Assembly (NCBI GenBank): GCA_017550405.1
Contig: JAFZPH010000019.1
Coordinates: 35,075-99,074, forward strand
Direction: 5' to 3'
DNA: 64,000 nucleotides
From: Bacteroidales bacterium
GTDB taxonomy: Bacteria; Bacteroidota; Bacteroidia; Bacteroidales; P3
Part shown: positions 1-8,268 of the stretch, in pieces
How the letters are laid out: every line of letters begins with the position of its first letter
Position numbering within the stretch: the stretch's first letter is position 1
The notes under the pieces: model-generated
What the model was told of the DNA's origin: nothing
Databases searched by the model: none
The model's input: only the letters and a program-made list of their open reading frames with translations
Program-made: the position numbers and the translations under genes

Positions 1-286
1 CACGCTGACGGCGATGTTTGAAACCGACAGCGTAGGCATTCGTCCCACCGACGAAAGTCATGCGGGATTGGTCATTTATCCCAACCCAGCATCGGGGACA
101 GTCACGCTGTGTGTCAGCCAGCCGTCCAGTGTCACGGTGGTTGATAGAATGGGTAGGGTTGTATTGCAGCACAAGTGTACCACTGCCGTCACCACGCTCG
201 ACATCAGTGGTCTGGCACCTGGAGTGTATTTCGTCAGGATGGACAGCCAACCCACGGCAACTGCACATAAACTTGTCGTCAGATAA
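1..286 (+). CDS. 3' end of a secreted protein with a T9SS (Por) C-terminal sorting domain; the 5' end lies outside the window
   Basis: The frame is open from the window edge to TAA at 284-286. The tail VIYPNPASGTVTL...LDISGLAPGVYFVRM...KLVVR fits the Bacteroidota T9SS CTD pattern. Confidence 0.7.
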   Translation, partial: TLTAMFETDSVGIRPTDESHAGLVIYPNPASGTVTLCVSQPSSVTVVDRMGRVVLQHKCTTAVTTLDISGLAPGVYFVRMDSQPTATAHKLVVR

Positions 287-307
287 TGTGAGTGAACACA
301 GCTTTAA

Positions 308-339
308 CCCCCGCCGAATGGATTATCACTCGGCGGGGG
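308..339 (+). terminator. Hairpin downstream of the T9SS-CTD gene
   Basis: Perfect 10-bp inverted repeat CCCCCGCCGA / TCGGCGGGGG lies 22 nt after the stop. The U-tract is weak. Confidence 0.5.
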
Positions 340-473
340 TCTTGCATCTACGGATTGTTTGTTGAAAACTTTTAGTCTGTTGGTACAGATTTTTTTATTA
401 TCTTTGTAATTTACTATTCAGCATGGCTGATTGGGCAAAACTTTGAATATCAAACAAAATAATATAGCATATA

Positions 474-929
474 ATGGAAATTTCAGGAAGACTTATCAAG
501 ATTTTGCAGGAAGTGCGCGGTGAGAGCCAGCGCGGACCCTGGGTTAGAGGTGGCTTTGTGATTGAAACCGACGGCGAATATCCCCGTCAGGTGGCTTTCA
601 CTACTTTTGGCGAAGACCGATTGGCAATGGTTAAATCCATCCCCCTCAATACACCGGTAGTGGTGAATTTCAATCCTGAATCACGCGAATACGAAGGACG
701 TTGGTACACTGATTTGCGTTGCTCACGCATTCAGAACTATGTGCCGGGACAGATGCCTCCCGCAGCCACTGGCTATGCCTGGCCAGCCGCACCCCAGGCC
801 CCTGCTGCCCCTGCAGCTGCTCCCGTACCTCCACAACAGCCTGCATCTCCTCCGGCAGCAGCCCCTGCGCAGCCTCAGGCACCCTCTTTCGCCTCGCCGC
901 TTGGCGGTGAAGACGACCTGCCGTTCTAA
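474..929 (+). CDS. DUF3127-family protein with a Pro/Ala-rich C-terminal tail
   Basis: The N-terminus MEISGRLIKILQEVRGESQRGPWVRGGFVIETDGEYPRQVAFTTFGEDR matches the DUF3127 pattern as I remember it. The C-terminal ~60 aa are low-complexity P/A/Q. Confidence 0.7.
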   Translation: MEISGRLIKILQEVRGESQRGPWVRGGFVIETDGEYPRQVAFTTFGEDRLAMVKSIPLNTPVVVNFNPESREYEGRWYTDLRCSRIQNYVPGQMPPAATGYAWPAAPQAPAAPAAAPVPPQQPASPPAAAPAQPQAPSFASPLGGEDDLPF

Positions 930-952
930 ATGTGATCTTGAATGTGTGAACG

Positions 953-1015
953 CGTTAATGTGTTAACGTGTTAGTCATTGGCGTATCAAAAGACTCACGA
1001 ATTAACACATTAACG
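953..1015. repeat. Word-type inverted repeat (TTAACACATTAACG family)
   Basis: CGTTAATGTGTTAA (953-966) is the exact reverse complement of TTAACACATTAACG (1002-1015). Related words recur near 14335-14375, 20972-20985 and 31553-31608. Confidence 0.8.
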
Positions 1016-1034
1016 AATTAACGAATTCAAAATT

Positions 1035-1580
1035 ATGGATAAGCAGACGTTGCGTAAACAGATCAGGGAGGCTAAACGTGCCGTTCCTTTCAGCGAAAAG
1101 GAGCGGCGGTCGGCAGCTATTATGCACCAGGTAGAGCAACATCCACGTTTCCTTGAGGCCAAAGTGGTGCTACTCTATTGGTCGATGGCGGACGAGGTGC
1201 AGACGCACGACTTCGTGAACCGTTGGTATAGGCAAAAGACGCTGCTGCTGCCCTGTGTGGACGGCGACGACTTGCTGTTGCGCCAATATACAGGTCCCGA
1301 GTGTCTGAAGGCTGGCGAACAGTTCGGTATCGGCGAACCTACTGGCCCAGTTTTTACTCAAGTAGACCGGGTGGAGATGATTGTCGTGCCGGGAGTGGCA
1401 TTCGACCGCAAGGGCAACCGCATGGGACGTGGAAGGGGTTTTTATGACCGGCTGCTGAAGAGAACGCCCAACGCTTACAAGGTGGGTGTGGCCTTCGACT
1501 TCCAGATGCTCGACGACATCCCTATGGAGCCTTTCGATGTGCCCATGGATGATGTGATATCAGAATTGAGAAGGTGTTGA
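1035..1580 (+). CDS. 5-formyltetrahydrofolate cyclo-ligase
   Basis: 181 aa. The C-terminal block VVPGVAFDRKGNRMGRGRGFYDRLL is typical of the 5-FCL family. Confidence 0.85.
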   Translation: MDKQTLRKQIREAKRAVPFSEKERRSAAIMHQVEQHPRFLEAKVVLLYWSMADEVQTHDFVNRWYRQKTLLLPCVDGDDLLLRQYTGPECLKAGEQFGIGEPTGPVFTQVDRVEMIVVPGVAFDRKGNRMGRGRGFYDRLLKRTPNAYKVGVAFDFQMLDDIPMEPFDVPMDDVISELRRC

Positions 1581-1590
1581 TATGTTGGTT

Positions 1591-1853
1591 GTTGATATGT
1601 TGATATGATTCGAGCCTTATAAACTTATCAACATATCAACCTATCAACGATTCAGTCGAGCCATATAAACTTATCAACATATCAACCTATCAACGATTCA
1701 GTCGAGCCATATAAACTTATCAACATATAAACATATCAACGATTCAGTCGAGCCATATAAACTTATCAACATATAAACATAATCAACGATTCTGTCAAGC
1801 CGTATAAACTTATCAACAGATAAACTTATCAACGAATAAACATATCAACGATT
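1591..1853. repeat. Tandem array of about 5-6 units of ~46 bp (TATCAAC word family), opening with a 15-bp perfect hairpin
   Basis: The GATTC(A/G/T)G unit marker recurs at 1608, 1649, 1695, 1741, 1788 and 1850. GTTGATATGTTGATA (1591-1605) is the reverse complement of TATCAACATATCAAC (1626-1640). Confidence 0.85.
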
Positions 1854-1897
1854 AAAAGAAGGTCTCACAATAACACGTTAATAAATACATTTGTCGT

Positions 1898-2404
1898 ATG
1901 TTTGAAGTAGAGAAACCGCGCCGCTTCCATTACGAGCCCCGTTTCTACGACCCCGAGAAGGAGAAATGGGAGGCTTTGAAGAAGAAATATGCCATGCAGA
2001 AAGAGGCAGAGGCTGCCCGTCAGCAGCGCGAGGAGGCTGCCGCCGAAGGGGAAGAGTCCAAAGACGAACTGGCCTATTTTGAACAGCGTGTACGCACCAT
2101 CGACCGCCAAGCCCGCCAGGCTTCTACGCGGCTCACATGGCGTGACCTGTTCCGCAAACGTTCTATGCCCACTTTCAACTATCAGCCCCGATTCTCCGGT
2201 GCAGGTGAACAGCAGGCGTCAGGCAAGGGCGAGGGTGGCGATGATGCCGTGATGGAGAAATACCGCCAGCCTAAGCACCTTATCAAGATACACCGCCGGT
2301 TCGATATCTCCGACCCCGACTATATGAAACCCATCCCTGGCACCAAGATTATTCTCTATTGTTTTATTGCCTTTCTACTTCTCTCTGTCATCATTATGTT
2401 TTGA
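1898..2404 (+). CDS. Hypothetical charged protein with a C-terminal transmembrane anchor
   Basis: 168-aa ORF with backbone-like codon usage. It has a Lys/Glu/Arg-rich body and a hydrophobic tail IILYCFIAFLLLSVIIMF. Confidence 0.6.
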   Translation: MFEVEKPRRFHYEPRFYDPEKEKWEALKKKYAMQKEAEAARQQREEAAAEGEESKDELAYFEQRVRTIDRQARQASTRLTWRDLFRKRSMPTFNYQPRFSGAGEQQASGKGEGGDDAVMEKYRQPKHLIKIHRRFDISDPDYMKPIPGTKIILYCFIAFLLLSVIIMF

Positions 2405-2484
2405 ATTGAGACCTTTGTGGAATTGAGTATTGAGAAAGTGTCTCCACGTATTACACGTATAAAATTGTGGAATTGAGAATTTTG

Positions 2485-2537
2485 AATTGAGAATTGAGAC
2501 CTGACGGGTGTTATTTCTCAATTCTCAATTATTTTTC
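2485..2537 (+). terminator. Intrinsic terminator built from TTGAGAA word repeats
   Basis: AATTGAGAATTGAGA (2485-2499) pairs with TCTCAATTCTCAATT (2516-2530), followed by ATTTTT. Confidence 0.7.
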
Positions 2538-2538
2538 G

Positions 2539-2546
2539 TATCTTTG
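2539..2546 (+). promoter_or_regulatory. Bacteroidota -7 box (TAnnTTTG) for panD
   Basis: TATCTTTG lies 16 nt upstream of the ATG at 2562. Confidence 0.55.
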
Positions 2547-2561
2547 CAAAAATATCAGGCT

Positions 2562-2906
2562 ATGCTTGTAAATGTATTAAAATCTAAGATTCATAGGGTT
2601 ACGGTCACTGAGGCCGACCTTGACTATATCGGAAGCATTACTATCGACGAAGCCTTGATGGAGGCGAGCAACATTATTGAAAACGAAAAGGTGGATATTT
2701 ATAATATCACCAATGGTGAGCGGTTCAGCACTTATGCCATCAAAGGTGAACGAGGCAGTGGTGTGATTGGCATCAATGGTGCCGCAGCGCACAAGGCTCC
2801 TGTCGGGTCGCTTATCATCATAGCGTCCTATGCGATGATGGACTTCGAGGAGGCACGCGAGTGGCATCCCACCGTCATATTCCCCGAGAACAACAAACTT
2901 CGTTAA
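2562..2906 (+). CDS. panD: Aspartate 1-decarboxylase
   Basis: [30 protein letters not shown], including the self-cleavage G-S site. I prefer the internal ATG at 2562 because the longer ORF start at 2508 lies inside the upstream terminator and promoter. Confidence 0.9.
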   Translation: MLVNVLKSKIHRVTVTEADLDYIGSITIDEALMEASNIIENEKVDIYNITNGERFSTYAIKGERGSGVIGINGAAAHKAPVGSLIIIASYAMMDFEEAREWHPTVIFPENNKLR

Positions 2907-2913
2907 AGAGCTT

Positions 2914-3957
2914 ATGACAGAGAACGCCTCACAACCAGCCAGGAAGAAGAACCGGCTGGGCGACATCCTTAAGATGGTCCTCTTTCTGGGGATAGGCATT
3001 TTCTTTATCTACTGGTTTCTGTTGAAGCTTGAACCCGAGCAGAAAACTGCCGTCTGGCAGTCGTTTCTGAGTGCCGATTACGCTTGGGTAGCCGTGTCGG
3101 TGGTGATATGCCTGTTGAGCCATCTGATACGCGCTTTACGCTGGAGGCTTCTCTTCCGTCCGATAGGTTATGCGCCCAATGTCAACAATACTTTCGGCTC
3201 GGTGATTGTGGCATATCTCGCCAATCTGGCATTCCCGCGAGCCGGCGAGGTGGTCCGTTGTGCCACCCTGCGTACCAGCGAGGATATACCCATCGAGAAA
3301 TCGCTTGGCACAGTGGTGACAGAAAGACTTGTGGACACCCTGGCTTTTGCGCTCGTGGTGCTTATCGGCATGTTGGTGATGTTCGGTCAGGCCAAAGACT
3401 GGCTATACAACACCCTCTCCGAGAAATACGACAATCTGCCCAACATGACAGTCATCATCAGCGTATTGGCAGGCATGGCGCTGTTGGCGTTTGTACTATA
3501 CAAACTGTTGTGGAAACGTCTATTGAATGTCCCCTTTTTCAAGAAGATTGACGAGATGGTGCGAGGCATGATTGATGGACTGAAGAGCATCTTCCATCTT
3601 GGAGGCCGCCGCACGGTGCTCTTCATCGTCTATAGCATAGTCATCTATCTGCTGTACATTCTTGGTGGACTGGTCATCTTCCAGGCTTTCGACGAGACCG
3701 GATGGCTTGGGCTTCGTGCCGCTTTTGTGGTCTACCTGTTCGGCACAGTGGGGATGACATTCTCACAGGGCGGCATAGGTGTGTATCCCGTGCTGGTACA
3801 AGTGGCCTTGGGCATCTATGGCATCAGCATGGAAGTGGGCACGGCATGTGGTTGGCTGCTCTGGGGCAGCCAGCAGGCAGCGGTGCTTGTGGTGGGTGCT
3901 GCCTATCTGATCTATTTCAGCACCAAGAAATCAAACAATAGTCAAACAATCAAATAA
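2914..3957 (+). CDS. Flippase-like / lysyl-phosphatidylglycerol-synthase TM-region family (UPF0104) membrane protein
   Basis: 347 aa and multi-pass hydrophobic. It has an LIRALRWRLLFRP motif near the second helix. Confidence 0.65.
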   Translation: MTENASQPARKKNRLGDILKMVLFLGIGIFFIYWFLLKLEPEQKTAVWQSFLSADYAWVAVSVVICLLSHLIRALRWRLLFRPIGYAPNVNNTFGSVIVAYLANLAFPRAGEVVRCATLRTSEDIPIEKSLGTVVTERLVDTLAFALVVLIGMLVMFGQAKDWLYNTLSEKYDNLPNMTVIISVLAGMALLAFVLYKLLWKRLLNVPFFKKIDEMVRGMIDGLKSIFHLGGRRTVLFIVYSIVIYLLYILGGLVIFQAFDETGWLGLRAAFVVYLFGTVGMTFSQGGIGVYPVLVQVALGIYGISMEVGTACGWLLWGSQQAAVLVVGAAYLIYFSTKKSNNSQTIK

Positions 3958-3968
3958 GAAATATCACC

Positions 3969-4901
3969 ATGGAAAAGACACGTTGCTTAATCATTGGCTC
4001 CGGCCCTGCCGGATATACAGCAGGCATCTATACCAGCCGCGCCGACATACATCCTATCCTTTACGAGGGCATGCAGCCCGGTGGCCAGCTCACCATCACC
4101 ACCGAGATTGAGAATTTCCCCGGCTATCCCGAGGGCATCTCCGGCACCGATATGATGGCCGACCTCAAGAAGCAGGCCCAGCGTTTCGGCACCGATGTCC
4201 GTCAGGGATATATCGTCAGTGTCGACTTTAGTCAGCGTCCTTTCCGTTGCGTTGACGACCACGACAATGTGATTGAGGCCGAGACCGTCATTATCGCCAC
4301 AGGGGCCTCTGCCCGTTGGCTTGGACTGGACAGCGAGAAGAAACTCTATGGACAGGGCGTGAGTGCCTGCGCCACCTGCGACGGCTATTTCTACAAAGGT
4401 CTCGACGTGGCTGTGGTAGGCGGAGGCGATACCGCCTGCGAGGAGGCAAACTATCTGGCCACCCTTTGCAACAAGGTGTATCTCATCCATCGCCGTAACG
4501 AACTCCGCGCTTCGAAGTCGATGCAGCATCGGGTTCTTACCAATCCCAAAATCGAGATGCTGTGGGATTCTACCACCAAGGAGATTTGCGGCAATGACCT
4601 GGACGGTGTCACGGGTGCCGACATCCAGAATGTCAAGACGGGCGAGATACGCCATATCGACATTGCCGGTTTCTTTGTGGCCATTGGACACAAACCCAAC
4701 ACCGATTTCGTGAAGGGACAGATTGACCTCGACGAGCAGGGTTATATCAAAGTCCAGAATCCAGGCAGTGCCACCAATATCCCCGGTATCTTCGCAGCCG
4801 GCGACGTGTGCGACCCGAACTATCGTCAAGCCATTGTCGCTGCCGGCAAGGGTTGCATTGCCGCCATGGATGTGGAGCGTTTCCTCCAGAGTCAAAACTA
4901 A
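3969..4901 (+). CDS. trxB: Thioredoxin-disulfide reductase
   Basis: GSGPAGYTAG FAD motif, redox-active CATCDG and GGGDTACEEA NADPH motif. Confidence 0.93.
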   Translation: MEKTRCLIIGSGPAGYTAGIYTSRADIHPILYEGMQPGGQLTITTEIENFPGYPEGISGTDMMADLKKQAQRFGTDVRQGYIVSVDFSQRPFRCVDDHDNVIEAETVIIATGASARWLGLDSEKKLYGQGVSACATCDGYFYKGLDVAVVGGGDTACEEANYLATLCNKVYLIHRRNELRASKSMQHRVLTNPKIEMLWDSTTKEICGNDLDGVTGADIQNVKTGEIRHIDIAGFFVAIGHKPNTDFVKGQIDLDEQGYIKVQNPGSATNIPGIFAAGDVCDPNYRQAIVAAGKGCIAAMDVERFLQSQN

Positions 4902-4910
4902 TCCCTTGCT

Positions 4911-7079
4911 GTGAATTGCCGCAGGGTCATAGCATTCGTCATACTGTCCCTCATGGTTGTTGCATCATGGGGACAGGTTGATATCAATACCATCCGTTCA
5001 CTTCCCGTTAACAATATGGGCAGTACGGGATACCCCGGCAATCCCTCCCCAGGCTCCTATTCCGACAGCACAAGCACCCAGGACACCAGTTCCCAGGGTC
5101 CCAAAGGCATCGAATATCATGTCGACATTCCCGACAGTGTGTTGCAGGCATCCATCTTCATGTTCAAGCGTCCGACCGTGCAGGTGAAGATTATGGATGT
5201 CAGCCACCCTACCCTGACGCCCACAGGAGCGCAGTTCTCCGATCGTCTCGATGCCCTCAATGGCGATTATTTTCTCACCGTTACCGAGTTGGGACACCCC
5301 CATCTGTCCATCTTCCCCTCGTTTGAGTCCACTCCGCGGCTTGTCTACAAGACCAACATCTATCCAGGTCTTTACAAAACTCCCGACAACCTGACGTTCT
5401 ATCAGGTGCAGAACCCCTATACGTTGCTCTCCTACAACAGCTCACTGGATAAGGACTATCAGGTGCATGTCACCCATACGCAGAATATCAACGAGCGGTG
5501 GAATTTCGCCCTCGACTATCATCTCATCAGTCCCACAGGTGTCTTCTCCAACTCCTCGGCCACCGACCACTTCTTCGACTTCAACACCAACTACTACTCC
5601 CGCGATGCCCGTTACCAGCTCTCGGCCGGCTTTATATGGCAGAAGATGGTGCTGGGCGAGAACGGAGGCCTGTCCAATGAGGATATTTTCATCAACAAAC
5701 AGATTTCCAACATGGGGGGTGTGCCTGTAGTGGCCACCAACCGCTACAGCAACAACACCGACCATACCGTCTTTGTGAAGCAGACTTTCAATACCGTCCG
5801 GCAGTTCGAATGGTATCGCCCCATCATGGATAAATACATCGACACCATTCCTGTATACGATACACTGCACTTGACGCGTTTCGACTCCATCCAAGGCGAC
5901 AGCGTCCTCTTCGACACCGTCCTCACCACCTATCGCTACGAAGTCCGCGACACCATCGTCGACTACGATACCGTCCAGCCCCATGCCCCGCATGTCTATA
6001 ACACCGGAGTCCTCGGGCTCGAATTGCAGTGGGACAAGCAGAAATATCGCAGCAAGGATTCCACCATCTACAACAAGCTTTCGGCCTCGCTCTACTGGAC
6101 CAACGACGCTTATATGGACCACCGTTGGCACAACCCGCTGAAACTCTATGGCGGTGTCCGACCCGAAGTGTCGTGGCTACGGCTCGACGACAGTGTCTAC
6201 ACCCAGGGCAAAGTCCGCAAGATAGCGTTGTATCCTTTTGCACGACTCGAAATCAGCCCATGGCCTGCTGCCGAACTCAATGTATATGCCGAAGCGGCAC
6301 CCAACCTTTCCGAATACAATCTTGACGCCCGCCTCGTCTTCCCCTTCCGCGACAGCGTTGGCAATTCCGCTCAGAACATCACTCTCCGTGCCGTGGTCAA
6401 GGCCTACAATCCCGACCTGATTTATCAGGCGCAGACGCTCCTCACCCAATCCGGCTACACCATCGACCTTAAACCTGTCGGTGTCCGCAAGGTCGAGGCT
6501 GACTACCGGCATGGCGACCTCCTGCAGGTGCATCTCGCCGCCCAGCATATCGGCCACAACGTATGGTTCGAGCAACACCCTCTCCCCGACAGCACCACCA
6601 CCCTCCTACCTCATCAGGCCGACGGCAACGCACTGCTGCTGCAGGGACGTGTCAACCTCAATCTGAAACTCACGCGTTGGCTGCATTACGACATGCAGCA
6701 CCATCTCCAATACAGCACCGACCAGGATCAGATACGTGTTCCCCTTTTCGCAAGCAAGAATTCCATCTATGCCGACTTCAATCTCTTCCACAATGTGCTG
6801 CACACACAGGTGGGATTCGACATCCGCTACCATACCCTCTATATGGCCGACGGCTACGACCCGATACTGGGCGTTTTCTACCGCCAGAACGATGTCGAGG
6901 TTGGCAACTATCTATGGGCTGACTTCTTTATCAACCTCCAAGTCAAACGTGCCAGCATCTATGTCAAAGCAGCCCACTTCAATTCATTCCTCGAACAACA
7001 CTCTTACTGTATCCTCCCCCACTACCCCTCCAAGCAGTTCGGTTTATTCTTCGGCGTCACATGGAAATTCTTCGATTGA
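4911..7079 (+). CDS. Putative outer-membrane beta-barrel protein (putative-porin family)
   Basis: GTG start and signal peptide MNCRRVIAFVILSLMVVASWGQ. The 722-aa sequence is rich in Y/N/T/D and ends ...FGVTWKFFD (aromatic terminus). Confidence 0.6.
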   Translation: MNCRRVIAFVILSLMVVASWGQVDINTIRSLPVNNMGSTGYPGNPSPGSYSDSTSTQDTSSQGPKGIEYHVDIPDSVLQASIFMFKRPTVQVKIMDVSHPTLTPTGAQFSDRLDALNGDYFLTVTELGHPHLSIFPSFESTPRLVYKTNIYPGLYKTPDNLTFYQVQNPYTLLSYNSSLDKDYQVHVTHTQNINERWNFALDYHLISPTGVFSNSSATDHFFDFNTNYYSRDARYQLSAGFIWQKMVLGENGGLSNEDIFINKQISNMGGVPVVATNRYSNNTDHTVFVKQTFNTVRQFEWYRPIMDKYIDTIPVYDTLHLTRFDSIQGDSVLFDTVLTTYRYEVRDTIVDYDTVQPHAPHVYNTGVLGLELQWDKQKYRSKDSTIYNKLSASLYWTNDAYMDHRWHNPLKLYGGVRPEVSWLRLDDSVYTQGKVRKIALYPFARLEISPWPAAELNVYAEAAPNLSEYNLDARLVFPFRDSVGNSAQNITLRAVVKAYNPDLIYQAQTLLTQSGYTIDLKPVGVRKVEADYRHGDLLQVHLAAQHIGHNVWFEQHPLPDSTTTLLPHQADGNALLLQGRVNLNLKLTRWLHYDMQHHLQYSTDQDQIRVPLFASKNSIYADFNLFHNVLHTQVGFDIRYHTLYMADGYDPILGVFYRQNDVEVGNYLWADFFINLQVKRASIYVKAAHFNSFLEQHSYCILPHYPSKQFGLFFGVTWKFFD

Positions 7080-7174
7080 CACTCCATCGGACCTCCACGG
7101 AGGTTGAGCACCGCAACTGACAATAAACAGAATACAATAGTACCGATAATATATTAACAAAATAATAAAGTATC

Positions 7175-8182
7175 ATGACACTCTTAGAACAAATCCGCTC
7201 CAAAGCAAAAGCTGCCAACAAGACCATCGTTTTGGCCGAAGGCACTGAAGAACGTACCCTCAAGGCTGCCGACATCATCCTGAAGGAAGGTATTGCCCGT
7301 CTTATCCTCCTCGGCAACGAGGCTGAAATCAAAGGCCTCGCCGACCAGTGGGGTCTCAAGAACATCGACAAGGCCACCATCATCGACCCCGTGACCAATC
7401 CCAAACGCGAGTACTATGCCCAGATGCTCTGCGAAATCCGCAAGAAGAAAGGTATGCAGATGGACGAAGCCATGAACCTTGTGGCCGACCCGTTGTATCT
7501 AGCTTGCATGCTTATCAAGAACGGCGATGCCGACGGCGAGGTTGCCGGAGCCCGCAACGCTACCGGCGACGTGCTGCGTCCCGCTTTCCAGATTGTCAAA
7601 ACCCTGCCCGGCGTCAGCGTCGTCAGCGGTGCTTTCATCATGATTCTCAAGGACACCACCTACGGCGAGAACGGCATGTTTGTCTTCGCCGACTGCGCCG
7701 CCACCCCCTGCCCCACTGCTGAAGAATTGGGTCAGATAGCTGTTGTCTCCGCCCAGACCGCCAAGGCTATAGCAGGATTTGAAGACCCCCGTGTCGCCAT
7801 CCTCAGTTTCTCCACCAAGGGCAGTGCCAAGCACGAGTTGGTCGACAAAGTCATCGAAGCTACCCGTGTGGCTCACGAGCTCGACCCCAACGTGCATCTC
7901 GACGGCGAACTCCAGGCCGATGCAGCCATCGTTCCCAAAGTGGGTGCCAGCAAAGCCCCCGGCAGCGACATCGCAGGCAAAGCCAACGTCCTTGTATTCC
8001 CCGACCTTCAGAGCGGCAACATCTGCTATAAACTTGTCCAGCGTCTTGCCGGTGCCGAAGCTGTAGGTCCCGTCATGCAGGGCATGGCAGCCCCCATCAA
8101 CGACCTCAGCCGTGGCTGCAGCGTCGAGGATGTAGTCAACGTAGTGGCCATCACCGCCACCCAGGCTGCCTCCAAGAAATAA
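7175..8182 (+). CDS. pta: Phosphate acetyltransferase
   Basis: N-terminus MTLLEQIRSKAKAANKTIVLAEGTEERTLKAADIILKEGIA. 335 aa, short-form Pta. Confidence 0.9.
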   Translation: MTLLEQIRSKAKAANKTIVLAEGTEERTLKAADIILKEGIARLILLGNEAEIKGLADQWGLKNIDKATIIDPVTNPKREYYAQMLCEIRKKKGMQMDEAMNLVADPLYLACMLIKNGDADGEVAGARNATGDVLRPAFQIVKTLPGVSVVSGAFIMILKDTTYGENGMFVFADCAATPCPTAEELGQIAVVSAQTAKAIAGFEDPRVAILSFSTKGSAKHELVDKVIEATRVAHELDPNVHLDGELQADAAIVPKVGASKAPGSDIAGKANVLVFPDLQSGNICYKLVQRLAGAEAVGPVMQGMAAPINDLSRGCSVEDVVNVVAITATQAASKK

Positions 8183-8187
8183 ATCAA

Positions 8188-8224
8188 TAATCGGAGTATT
8201 CTGAATTATCAGAGTACTCCGATT
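8188..8224. repeat. Imperfect 16-bp hairpin made of CTCCGATTA / TTCTGAAT words
   Basis: AATCGGAGTATTCTGA pairs with TCAGAGTACTCCGATT (1 mismatch). ACTCCGATTA-like words repeat again out to about 8260. Confidence 0.6.
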
Positions 8225-8268
8225 ACTCAGAATACTCCGATTATTCCGATTATTCAGAAATCTAATAT

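Noticed and set aside
2508-2561. Upstream GTG start for panD.
   Set aside because: The extension lies inside the terminator hairpin and the TATCTTTG promoter box. The canonical PanD N-terminus [12 protein letters not shown] starts at 2562.
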